A stretch of 64,000 nt of DNA from an uncultured Planctomycetota bacterium. Its GTDB lineage: Bacteria; Planctomycetota; Planctomycetia; Isosphaerales; Isosphaeraceae. The DNA is taken from assembly GCA_963761445.1 (NCBI GenBank), contig CAVXHV010000009.1, positions 242,692 through 306,691 of the forward strand, read 5' to 3'. The translations under genes were made by a program, and so were the position numbers. This document shows positions 30,587 through 40,679 of this stretch, one piece after another. Below the pieces are notes generated by a model. It had not been told where the DNA came from. It saw only the letters and a program-made list of their open reading frames with translations, and did not search any database. The stretch's first letter is position 1; each line of letters begins with the position of its first letter.

Positions 30587-33500
30587 GATGCGTGCCCCAC
30601 ATGCGTCAGAATCGCCGGACTCACTGCCGCCTCGATCATCTTGTTGAACCCACTCTCAACCTTGGCCTTGAAATCAGCCTGAATCCCATAGACATCCGTA
30701 AACTCGGCAAACGCCCAGCGGCCGTAGCTCTTGAGGTTGTTGACGCCCGGAACCCAGTACGTCTCCATCGTCGATTTCTTCTCTTTCGCATCCTCGCGCC
30801 GATAGCCCTTGATCTCGACCAAGAGATGCAAGAGATCATCATCGCCATGCCCGTCATCCACAAGCACGATAAAGTCCGGCCGATACGTACGCGTTTCCGA
30901 TCCATAGCGATACGGCACGTCCAGCCCGAGATTATGGTTTTTCGCGTAGGCGCGGACGTTCGGATGCCACTCCGCCACGCGGCAAAACTCAGCTTCCCAA
31001 TCGCTGTCCAGTATCACCCAGTTAATGTGACATCGCGCCGCGCTTGTCTCCCACCGATCGCTCTTCGACGTGTTGAAGCGCACGTGCCTCGTTGAGCCGG
31101 CCGGGTTGTAAGGGTCGAGCAGCGCCTTGATGGGGCGATCGCCCAGGAAGGCCCGCGTCACCCCCGCCGTGATACGGTTGCACGCCATGTCGGCCAGCTC
31201 CTGATACATGAGAAGCGCCGGGTAGGTCTCGCCCTTGCAGACCAGGCAGGTTTCCAGCCACTCCTTGGTAACCCGCTTGAGCTGCCCAAAAAGGTGCAGC
31301 TTGGGCTCCTCGCCAGGATCGCGCCACTTGGTATAAAGCAGGCGATGGGTGACATGAAAAAGCAGCGTAGACGGCCGCATATCCGCCAGGTGTTCGAGAT
31401 TGAGGTCCACACCCTCGCCAATGATCCCCGCGTTCCGCGTGATCGAAGGGCCGACGAGGTCCGGCGTGAGAACCAGTATCGAGTCGTCATTGAACTCAGC
31501 CGTGAGCCGCTCCTCGGGCAGCTCGACCCGGTAACCCTCGACCCTCGGGAAACGGATCTCCAGCGCATCACGCTCCGGGCGCATGGCCTTCACCTGAATC
31601 GTTTCACGCGGCTTCTGCGGCGGTGCGACGACCGGCTTCGCGGTGAAGTCGAACGGAATGCCGAAGATATCGGCATATTCGACGTTGAACAGCCCTTCCT
31701 CGTTCAAGTCGTACGACTGCCGGCGAAGAGCACGCCCAATGACCTGCTCGCACAGGAGCTGTGTGCCAAACGCACGGATACCAAGCACGTGCGTCACCGT
31801 GTTCGCATCCCAGCCCTCGGTCAGCATCGATACAGAAACCACACATCGAATGGCGCCACCGAGCTGGCCGCCCTTGCCCACAGTGTTCATGACCTCACGC
31901 AGCAACTCCTGATCCGTGATGTTCTCGGCTGCCTGCCGGTCGCCCGTGCGCTCGATGATCTCGCCTCGGAATCGGGCGATCTCATCGCCGGCCATCGCAC
32001 GAAAATTGTCATCGAGGGCGTCTCCCGCTTCGAGCTGCTCGCTATCAATCAGCAACGTATTCGGCCGTGGAAGCGCGTTGCCCGTGGTCTCGTCGAAGTT
32101 GCGGAATAGAGCAAGACGGCCGTTCTCCAGCGTCGTCGTTCCGTCCTCGTTCTTCCGGTGAAAGCCCGAGACGAAGTCGTAAACCAGCTTCGAGATCGCG
32201 GTGTTCTGGCAGACGATGATGAAGCAGGGCGGCACGCGGATGCCCTCAGCATCCCAAAGCCTGAATGTCTTCTCATAGTGGCCGTAAAGCGCCTGAAGGG
32301 CAGTCTGAAGGCGAGTCGGCAGTTTGAGCGGGTCAAGCTCCCCGCCCCTTCCGCGGCCTTTCTTGGGCATGTCCTGTCGGATGTTCTCCCACAGATTGCG
32401 ATAAACCGGCATCTCGTCGCCGGGTATATTCTCCGCCACCGGAACCCGCGGCAGCTTCACGATGCCGCACTCGATCGCGTCCATGAGTGAGAAGTCGCTC
32501 ACCGTCCACGGGAACAACGTGCCCTCGGCGTAGCCCGAGCCGCGCAGAAAGAAGGGAGTGGCCGACAGATCGATCACTTGTGCCAGGCCGAGCTTGCGAT
32601 TCACGGCTTCCAGGCCCGAGATCCACAACCGGGCTGCCTCGTTGTTCCGCTTGGCTTCCTGTTTCTCGTCCCCTTTGAATTCCGGACCATCCTCATCTTC
32701 CGGCTTCGCCCGGTAGCAGTGATGGGCCTCGTCGTTGAGTACGAGAATGTTCTTCATGCCCATGAGGTCGGGCATCACCCGCTGTAGCATCTGGCCTTCC
32801 GTCTCAAGCGTATTCAGCTCCTCGCCTCGCCCTTGAAGCAATGACCTTCCTCCGGCGGAGAGCTCGATGCGCTCGCGCAGCTTGAAGGAGTGGAAGTTGG
32901 TGATCACGATCTTCGCGCGGTTCACGTCGTCCAGCATGTCGCCGGGCACGAGCTCGCGGCTCGAGTAGTAGCTATCAGGGTCATTCGGCTGGAGCACGCG
33001 AAGGCGGTCTTTGATCGTCAGCCCGGGCGCGACGACCAGAAATCCACGCGTGAAGTTCTTGCTACCCGGCCGTCGCACGGCGTTGATTGTTTGCCACGCG
33101 ATCAGCATCGCCATGACGGTGGTCTTGCCCGCGCCGGTAGCCAGCTTGAGCGCGATTCGCAAGAGACCAGGGTTCGCATCCTCGCTCGATGCACCCAGGT
33201 TCTCGAGGATCTGCTTACCCCGCTTCGAGTGCGGTGCAACCTCGGTCAGCCAGATAGCCGTCTCCAGGGCTTCAACCTGGCAAAAGAACGGCCGTACCCA
33301 CGCGAACTTGTGGTGCCGCCAGTGCTCGAGCAGCCGCGCCGTCTCGGGGGTCACCTGCCACTCGCTCGGTTTGGGCCAGGCCCGCCACTGGCTCACCTGC
33401 CCGCGCACCTCGTTGATGAGCGAAGTGGGATCATATTGCTGCTCTTTGGTCGAAAGTCCCTTACCTTCGTCGAAGACAAAATCCCGCTGCCCGGCCCCTT

Positions 33501-33669
33501 TCTTTCTTTTCTTCGCCCGGGGAATTGGTGTGATGAACTCGGCGCGCCGACGGCTCTCGATAATTCGTTGTGTCGGCTGACCCTGCTCGTCCAGTTCCCA
33601 GTGTCGCTGCGGCGTCTCATACGGAGAGTTCAGGATCGGATGTTCAAAAAAGGGATTCGCCATCTTCAA
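30583..33669 (-). CDS. res: Type III restriction endonuclease/helicase subunit (Res), 1028 aa, intact
   Basis: Walker A LATGAGKTTVM, DEAH box VLNDEAHHCY, motif VI ..MLTEGWDANTVTHVLG. A C-terminal nuclease-like region follows. Confidence 0.9.
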   Translation of the reverse strand: MKMANPFFEHPILNSPYETPQRHWELDEQGQPTQRIIESRRRAEFITPIPRAKKRKKGAGQRDFVFDEGKGLSTKEQQYDPTSLINEVRGQVSQWRAWPKPSEWQVTPETARLLEHWRHHKFAWVRPFFCQVEALETAIWLTEVAPHSKRGKQILENLGASSEDANPGLLRIALKLATGAGKTTVMAMLIAWQTINAVRRPGSKNFTRGFLVVAPGLTIKDRLRVLQPNDPDSYYSSRELVPGDMLDDVNRAKIVITNFHSFKLRERIELSAGGRSLLQGRGEELNTLETEGQMLQRVMPDLMGMKNILVLNDEAHHCYRAKPEDEDGPEFKGDEKQEAKRNNEAARLWISGLEAVNRKLGLAQVIDLSATPFFLRGSGYAEGTLFPWTVSDFSLMDAIECGIVKLPRVPVAENIPGDEMPVYRNLWENIRQDMPKKGRGRGGELDPLKLPTRLQTALQALYGHYEKTFRLWDAEGIRVPPCFIIVCQNTAISKLVYDFVSGFHRKNEDGTTTLENGRLALFRNFDETTGNALPRPNTLLIDSEQLEAGDALDDNFRAMAGDEIARFRGEIIERTGDRQAAENITDQELLREVMNTVGKGGQLGGAIRCVVSVSMLTEGWDANTVTHVLGIRAFGTQLLCEQVIGRALRRQSYDLNEEGLFNVEYADIFGIPFDFTAKPVVAPPQKPRETIQVKAMRPERDALEIRFPRVEGYRVELPEERLTAEFNDDSILVLTPDLVGPSITRNAGIIGEGVDLNLEHLADMRPSTLLFHVTHRLLYTKWRDPGEEPKLHLFGQLKRVTKEWLETCLVCKGETYPALLMYQELADMACNRITAGVTRAFLGDRPIKALLDPYNPAGSTRHVRFNTSKSDRWETSAARCHINWVILDSDWEAEFCRVAEWHPNVRAYAKNHNLGLDVPYRYGSETRTYRPDFIVLVDDGHGDDDLLHLLVEIKGYRREDAKEKKSTMETYWVPGVNNLKSYGRWAFAEFTDVYGIQADFKAKVESGFNKMIEAAVSPAILTHVGHAS

Positions 33670-34908
33670 ATCCTGGACGCTGTCGAGCAGGACTTCGTCG
33701 TGCGTGATCCAACCATGCGTTCTCTATTAGTGATAAAGAAGCACGTGGATACGACGCTGTATCCGTTCCGGCAAGCGCCTGGTTAACTTATCACAGTGGA
33801 TGAGCCTGTGTACAGTGGGTAGTGAACGTCGGCGGCGGCGGCCCAGGAAACCACCGAGCGGCCTTGGTCGTCCCGACTGGATGGATCAACCCGTCCCAAC
33901 GGAGCTGCTTCGGGCAAGGATGAACCTCGTCAATGGACGACCCCCATACGCGTTTCCGCGCAGCCATGACACACGTACCGCCCATCGATGGCGTGAGCCT
34001 GCTCCGGAGGCGTGGGCCTCCGGCAAATCCCGCAGGGTCGGATCTCGCGGCTTCGCTGCAGGCGGCCGGCTGGGATCAGTGCTTGTGGGTCCAAGGCAAT
34101 TGTGTCACCAGAGGTGACAGTTTTGGTTGGTCAAGCGCATCCCTCGATTCTGTCGCCATTTCGCCGCGAGCGGCTCGGGCTGTTTTGCCTCCAGTCCACA
34201 GCCGCAATCGAACGACTCCGTGGGCCCAAGTCATTTGCTCCCAAATTCTATGACGACGGCGTTTCGGTCACGTGAGTCATGCTCCTGTCTGGCTCACAAA
34301 TGCCTCATTTTCGTTCTCCCTGGGCCAAAATCATATGCCCCGACCCGAAAACCACCGGGTATTCCGCTTTGTTCCCTTCCGGTGGACCTGGATCTCTTTC
34401 TGTAGTTCATCAAGCAAGCTACTAAGCCTGCCCGGGGTCAGATCTTCCAAGTGCTCACACGCAGTCTCAATCTAACTCAGAACCCGCCCAACAACGGGAG
34501 CGTCGAGCCCAAATCGCGAAGCGAGCCCCCTTCCAAAGAAATTACAAGCGAGCACATGCATTGAGCCGCCCCGCCCCGATTGATATCCCGCTCATCCCGA
34601 ACGACAAAGTCTACAAACGGATCGCATCTGTTCCCGGCGATTTTGGAACGTCCTGATCAGTCACCCTGGAGCAACCAGAAGCATGATCCGTGTTCGATCA
34701 GTGTTTCGTGAGCCGCTTAGAAGCGACGAGTTCGGCGAAATCGAGAAGCCCGCACGTCAGCTTCGGCCAAGCTTGGAGCACGATGAACGACGATCATCCG
34801 AAAAACGTCCAAAAAGAACTGGCACGAAGCAGGCCCGGCTCTCGAAAATGAAATGTGGCACGCGGACGTCCCGGCAAAGAAGGCCTCTGACTGGAAAGCC
34901 TCACTCAT

Positions 34909-35166
34909 GTGGAGATTACCATGACTCGTATGGTTATTCATTCGCGAATCGGCGCTGATGGTGTTCTGCACATCACCGTACCGATAGGCAAAGAGGACGC
35001 CGACCGGGAAGTGCAAGTGACCATCGATCCGGCTCCGGTCGGGCCACCCACGATGACCGAGCAAGAGTGGCGGGCCTTCGTCCTGTCAACAGCCGGCAGC
35101 ATCACGGACCCGTCGTTCGTGCGCCATGAGCAAGGTGAATACGAAGAGCGCGAGGAGTTGCCTTGA
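34909..35166 (+). CDS. Putative VapB-type antitoxin
   Basis: Small acidic-tailed protein whose stop overlaps the vapC start. The start may be the internal ATG at 34921 (MTRMVIHSRIG..). Confidence 0.55.
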   Translation: MEITMTRMVIHSRIGADGVLHITVPIGKEDADREVQVTIDPAPVGPPTMTEQEWRAFVLSTAGSITDPSFVRHEQGEYEEREELP

Positions 35167-35564
35167 CGCACTTGCTGGACACAAACTCCTGCGTCGATCA
35201 CCTCCGACGCGGCCAAGCGTCAAACGTTACCGCGAAACTTGCTGCCGCCCTTCCCGGCAGCGTCGTTCTCTGTTCGGTCGTCGCGGCAGAACTACTGTAT
35301 GGAGCACACCGGAGCGCACGCAAAGCCCAAACCTTGAGCCACGTCCGTCAGTTCTGCAGAAATTTCCAATCCCTCGCGTTCGACGACCCGGCGGCCGAAG
35401 AGTATGGCCGGATTCGCGCGCACCTGGTCGGCCTGGGCACGACCATCGGCCCCAACGACCTGCTGATCGCCTCGATCGCGCTTACGAACGGGCTCACTCT
35501 CGTTACCCATAACACCAGAGAATTCAGCCGTGTCCCCGGCCTGAAGGTGGAGGATTGGCAATGA
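35163..35564 (+). CDS. vapC: PIN-domain toxin VapC
   Basis: MTHLLDTNSCV.., ..AAELLYG.., ..LTLVTHNTREF... 133 aa. Paralogous to 11459-11860. Confidence 0.85.
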   Translation: MTHLLDTNSCVDHLRRGQASNVTAKLAAALPGSVVLCSVVAAELLYGAHRSARKAQTLSHVRQFCRNFQSLAFDDPAAEEYGRIRAHLVGLGTTIGPNDLLIASIALTNGLTLVTHNTREFSRVPGLKVEDWQ

Positions 35565-36476
35565 CGACCGGCCGGGGAGCGAAACAGGGAGCGACCTGGT
35601 TCGCGCGTGGAACCTACTCGTCGTACTTCAGCAGAAACTTCGGGTTGATCACCTTGAAGCTCAGTCTACCCCCGATCTCCTCGTCATATTCCTCGGTAAT
35701 CGGCCGGAGAACGATCCCTTCCCGCTGAATCTTCGGGTTGAGAACGCTCGCGCCTTCGGAGAGCGCGACAAGCTCGTCCACCGAATGGTCCAGCACCAGC
35801 GGGCCAAGCTGAGGCACCGATTCCAGTTCCAGACCTTTTAACAGCTCCACGGAGTCGGGCCCGTCGAGGAGCCGATAGCGATCCACATTCAGGACGCTGA
35901 ACACTCGAAGCGTCGCAGCCGGCAGAGCGTATTTGTTCTTCTGGATGCCCGGCCCGATGACTTCGGCCTGGAGAGCGAAGTCGAAGCCCAACTGATCGCG
36001 AGCAGCTCGGAGCTTTTCCTGGATACGCATTCCTTTCGCAACTCTCGCGTGAATGTTCGATTCGTCGGTCTCATCCATCCAAAAGTTACGGCTGCAGATT
36101 CCAAACTTGCCCTCACGCAGAAAGGCAGTGAACGACGTCCCATCAAGCTTCTCGGTCACGTAGAACGTCTTCCCGCGATGCCGGCTCAAGACGCCTTCAA
36201 GGACTTGAATGCGCGTCTCGTCCGTCTTCGGAATGAAACCGGGAAACGGCCCTTTCACCCTTCCCCGCATGCCAACCGGGATTGGTGGCTCCCACTTCAC
36301 GACGCCGAGCAAATCGGTAACGTCTGTTCCTTCGTCTGTCGGAGCTCCGGCCGGGAGAATCGCGAGCGGAAAGCAGATCCCCTGAGACACCTGGCCCCGT
36401 AGTCGCACGGTCTTGATACGAAAGCCAGCGCGAAGGCTCTCCGCTCCGGACGCGTCCGTCTGAGCGGGCTTAAAAC

Positions 36477-37960
36477 CAATACCGTTTAACGAGTCATAAC
36501 CACTGAGTCTCTAAAGCTTTTTTTCAAGGGCGGAAGGCGGTGATGTTGGGGACGTTTCTTCTTCCATTTCGACATCTTTCGCTTGATCACTCGCGGATTG
36601 ATCCGGTTACGGCGTGGCTCCGTACGCTCTCTTTGTACTTCCCAGAGGATTGCTTTGTACCAACTCTCCAACTCCGCGGGCGTCTTGCCTTGGCACTCGG
36701 GCAGCCGGCATTTCAGGATCTGGAAACATCCCGTAAACGATAACCGGTCGGGGTCGAGGTCAACCGTTGCGGCGGCCTCAAACATCAGCGACCTGATCAC
36801 GAAATGGGCTAGTGACAACGCATAGACTTCCTGAATCACTCCCGTGGGGGTCTCGCTCCGCAACTGCGCCGGCTTCGTCGCCCTTCGTGGGTCTTGGTGG
36901 GTTTTTTGCTCGTCGAAAACGAGTTCTTCCTCCCATCGTTCATGGTAAAGAAGAATCAATTCCATTGCCGGGTAGAGTTCGCCATCGAGGAGATTCGTGA
37001 TCAGAACATGTTCCTCGCCGTCTCCGATCCGCTGAGGGTCGTCCAGAGTGTAACGGATCACCCGGACTTCAATCCCATTGCGGTCCTTCTTCCGTTCATA
37101 ATCAGACTTGTAGATCTTTGCGATGTACGAACCGTCGGCCAGGGTTCGAATCGGTCGCAAGATCAACCGGCTAGTCACCTGCGCCAGCACGTTCACCTTG
37201 CGCTCGGTCAGCCTTTGCCACTGTGTATAGCTGAAAAAGCCTCGATCCCAGAGCAGGAGCATTTCCGGGGTCAGGTGAGGGAGCAAACTCTCGACCATCG
37301 AGTGTTCGCCGCAACTACTGCACCCGACAACCATGGCAACTTCGACGTGGGTACCCAACTCGACCAGACTGAGCTTGCGAACTTGGGGGAAAGCTCCGTC
37401 GCCACGCGCCCCTGCAGAGGGGCGGGCGAAGGCGGCCGCGTTGGCATCCGAGTCGGGGACATCGAGGATGGTGCCGTCGATGCCCATCAGACGCAAGCCA
37501 CGATAAAACGCTCCTGGTGTCCCGAGGCGAGCCAGCGGATGAACGATATGCTCGAAGAGATGTCGCACGGGTTCCACGCCCAACCGCTGACGTGCGACGC
37601 AAAGGCTGGAACGATGGGGCGAGTCTTCCCCAGAGCGCAGCCGTCGGGCGAGCTTGAAGACCTGTCGGATCGGCACTTCAGTAAACAACCCCATCGCAAG
37701 CACCACCCACAACATGATCTCATGGGTCAACGTGCATTGTCGCGAATTGATCCGGCCAGTGGCCGCAAGAGCTTGTTGAATGTCCTCCGGGCGGATAATC
37801 TTTTCGAGTCCCGCCAGCCGGTCCAATACCCGGCCTGCTTCATCAGCCGGCAATGCACATCGTCCTTGATGCATGCGAGTCGCAGCCTCCTTGTTGCCCT
37901 GGTTGTTTGCAAACACAAGGTAACAAGAGGCTGTGACTTGCGCCTATTTCAACGGTATTG
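36477..37960 (-). mobile_element. IS4-family insertion sequence, copy B (1484 bp)
   Basis: Same termini as copy A. A 10-bp direct repeat ggcttaaaac lies at 36467-36476 and 37961-37970. Confidence 0.9.
36486..37916 (-). CDS. IS4-family DDE transposase, intact (476 aa)
   Basis: N-terminal IS4-type region (..INSRQCTLTHEIMLWVVLAMGLF..) followed by a DDE region (..LLWDRGFFSY.., ..YHERWEEE..). Confidence 0.9.
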   Translation of the reverse strand: MFANNQGNKEAATRMHQGRCALPADEAGRVLDRLAGLEKIIRPEDIQQALAATGRINSRQCTLTHEIMLWVVLAMGLFTEVPIRQVFKLARRLRSGEDSPHRSSLCVARQRLGVEPVRHLFEHIVHPLARLGTPGAFYRGLRLMGIDGTILDVPDSDANAAAFARPSAGARGDGAFPQVRKLSLVELGTHVEVAMVVGCSSCGEHSMVESLLPHLTPEMLLLWDRGFFSYTQWQRLTERKVNVLAQVTSRLILRPIRTLADGSYIAKIYKSDYERKKDRNGIEVRVIRYTLDDPQRIGDGEEHVLITNLLDGELYPAMELILLYHERWEEELVFDEQKTHQDPRRATKPAQLRSETPTGVIQEVYALSLAHFVIRSLMFEAAATVDLDPDRLSFTGCFQILKCRLPECQGKTPAELESWYKAILWEVQRERTEPRRNRINPRVIKRKMSKWKKKRPQHHRLPPLKKSFRDSVVMTR

Positions 37961-38605
37961 GGCTTAAAACTGCTGGCGCGCAGGAATTCGAATTCGGGCC
38001 GTTCTGGAAGAAGCGAGTCGATTTCGCAGTAGACGAGCTTATCGCCGGCGACGTGCTCCCCCTTCTTGGCGACAACCCACCATCCGAGAACCCGGATCTT
38101 CTCAATGGCGTCGGCGTTCGGGATCGGCTCGACGGCGTTTACGGTCTGGATACTGGCGAGACTGCGCATGGTATCTTCGTTCCCTCAAGACGAGTAGCAC
38201 CCACATCGATGGCATATTTTTCTCCAGACACCGATCCCTCGCAAAGGGTTCTCGCATCGCCAATCAACCCCGCTCTGCCCTATCGAACATCGCCGCAAGC
38301 TGGACTCCACTCGCCCGCGGCACGCGCCTCGTCCGCTCGAATCATCAGTGCGAATCCGTCGGCCCTTGCCCAGAGGTTCCAGACTCAAGCCCGACCTCCG
38401 TCCCCCTCGGGCTCTTGTTCCCCCGCTTCGTTACCTTCGTTCCCTCCTGTTCAAAACTGGTTCTGCACCGCCCGTGGCAAGCCTTCTGTACGGTCCGTCC
38501 CAAATCACTCTGCGAAGATCCGTGCCATCCGTGGTCAACCAGCATTCCACCGATTCCGACCCTCGCCGACTCCCGCCCTTTCAGGAGGTCATTCCCAGTT
38601 CCAAT

Positions 38606-38851
38606 CTAATCTTCGAGATCCTCAATCCGCGTGCCTCGACCTTCCTCGATGCTCTTGCTTGCCGCCTCGAGACGTCGACGGAACCGCGGATCATGCTCGA
38701 GGCGATAGTCAAACCAGTCGTCTTCGCTTCCAAAACCGATCAGCACCCCCGCCGGCTTACCGTGCCGAGTGATAACAATCTCCTCGCTCGCCGCGAGGCG
38801 CAGGTACTTTGACAAGTCATCCTTCACTTCCGACAGTGGGACCGTTTTCAT
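38606..38851 (-). CDS. Phd/YefM-family antitoxin
   Basis: MKTVPLSEVKDDLSKYLRLAASEEIVITRHGKPAGVLI.. ATG at 38851. Confidence 0.75.
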   Translation of the reverse strand: MKTVPLSEVKDDLSKYLRLAASEEIVITRHGKPAGVLIGFGSEDDWFDYRLEHDPRFRRRLEAASKSIEEGRGTRIEDLED

Positions 38852-39074
38852 CGCGCTCTCCAGCTTGTGCCAGCCACTCATCCGCATTCGATTTTTCGAC
38901 CACGCCGAGGACTCGGACGTTCTCACCCTCGACGCCGTAAAAGACCCGAAGGTCGTCAACGCGAAGTCGATACCACGGCCGCGAAATCCCGCGAAGTCGC
39001 TTGATGCGGCTCTTGCTGAGCTTGGTCGGCTCATGCCGCAAATGGACCTCGATCGCATCGCGCGACCTTGCCAC
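38817..39074 (-). CDS. RelE/ParE-family toxin
   Basis: ..SRPWYRLRVDDLRVFYGVEGENVRVLGVVEKS.. is the typical RelE/ParE core. Lies upstream of, and overlaps, the antitoxin gene. Confidence 0.7.
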   Translation of the reverse strand: MARSRDAIEVHLRHEPTKLSKSRIKRLRGISRPWYRLRVDDLRVFYGVEGENVRVLGVVEKSNADEWLAQAGERDENGPTVGSEG

Positions 39075-39198
39075 GTTCGTATCCGCTCAGGCGGCGCATA
39101 TCGTCCACGGCTTCCGGGGCGAAGATGATGTCGAATCGCATCTGGCTAGATGATAGCCAGAATCCCGCCCCCGGACAATGGGAAGAAGAAGCCGCGCC

Positions 39199-40631
39199 TC
39201 AGGGCTTCACAAGGCTTCCAAGCCGCGGCGCAGTCGCCGTGATTTCCGAAGGTGACGCGGTTCGCTTATCCCTCGCATCAAGCAGATCACGCAGCGCCGT
39301 CACCAACACATCCTCGACCTCCGGCCCCACCCGCGACGGCGTTCCCGTCTCGTAGCCGCCCTGCGGGTAGGCCACCCGCGTGCCGATGTAGCCCGGAGAA
39401 TAGTCTCCATACGCGGCCATCGCCACGAAGAGATCGGGCCGAAGCCGCTGCGCGAAGAGCTGATACTCCACGAAAAGCTCGCCGGGCATGTGCAGGATGC
39501 GGGCATTCCCGAGCTCGAGCACGCTCAAGTCGATCGTCTGCCCCTGGCGCCTCAAGCGCGCCCACGCCAGGTCAACAGCCTGCGCAAACGTCGGCGCGCC
39601 GAGAATTCCTTCCCAAGCTCCTCCTGATCGACCCAGGCCGCAACCGGCAGCGCGACTGGCACCACTCGCCAGTGCACGTCCACAGCCGTGATCGGCATCT
39701 TGTGAGCAGCCGAATCAGCCTTCGCCCTCGCCATGCCATCGGCCAGACGACGCGCCAGCACCAGGCGGTTGTCCGGTGACCCGTCGTTGTACTTGCCCGC
39801 GGTCACGTTACCCGATGCCCCATTGAAGTGTACGAAAAAGGTGCCGGGACTGGCCTGGTCGCGCAGCCGCCGCGCGATGCCGACGAAATCGCAGCTCACC
39901 CCCCCTTTTCCATAGTGGCTCTGCGGATGCGTGGCGTAATAGCTCAGCACGGCCAACGGCTGCTCGCCGTTCCACAGACTCACGACTCGAACGGTTGGAT
40001 CAACAATCCCCTCCGGGGCGGCCGTGGCTTCCGGGTCGCGGGTCGCGCTCCAGCGAATGTGGCGGACCTTTCCGTCCGGGCCCAGCACCCGGCGGTTCGA
40101 TGCCACGTGGTTGACGTCGGCTTTTCCTAGCCCGACGTGCGTGGCCACTTTCGGCCGGGTGACGGCAGTTTTGATCGCGACCGCGGCCCGGCTGAAGACA
40201 ACCTGGTCGAATCCGGGAGGATATCCAAGTCCCGGAAGGTTCCGCGCCACCATCAATTCCTCGGCGTCGGGGTCAAAACCGGGCGCGTCGTGTTGATGCA
40301 GGCAGTGCACCGCGACTCGCTCCGATGATGTACCCGCTGCGTCTGCAATCGCTTTCCGCCACGCCCGGTGGCCCGTTCCTGAGATTCCAACCCAGTCGAC
40401 CCCGCACAGGACGATCGGTTTTTCGTCGCTCAACAAAATGATCCCGCGGCATGTGAGCGGGTCATCGATCCGCTTGGCTTTTTCCACCGCACCTTCACAC
40501 AGGGACGAGCCCAGCGGCGGCGTCACATCGAATTCAAAAGTGGCGATCTGCAGTGGCTCGTCGCCGCGTGAGGCAGTGAAACCCGCCGCGAAAAAGACCA
40601 CCGGAAAAGCCAGCACGGCAAGCCATCGCAT
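39199..40631 (-). CDS. Secreted hydrolase, neutral/alkaline ceramidase-N-terminal-domain-like; frameshift near 39610
   Basis: Signal-like N-terminus MRWLAVLAFPVVFFAAG. ORFs 39552-40631 and 39199-39555 join as ..GKE|ILGAPTFAQAVDLAWARLRRQGQTIDL... Confidence 0.5.
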
Positions 40632-40679
40632 GGGTCGGCTCCTCGGGATTGTGCGGTTCGCCTGGCTCAGAAGAGCAAT

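Larger units (their letters stand above)
35614..38169 (-). pseudogene. DraRnl (DRB0094)-type ATP-dependent RNA ligase, split by IS4 copy B
   Basis: 5' part 37961-38169 (..AIEKIRVLGWWVVAKKGE..FLRASSFK). 3' part 35614-36476 (..AGFRIKTVRLRGQVSQG.. with motif I KLDGTS). Removing the IS and one TSD copy restores a single frame. Confidence 0.8.
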
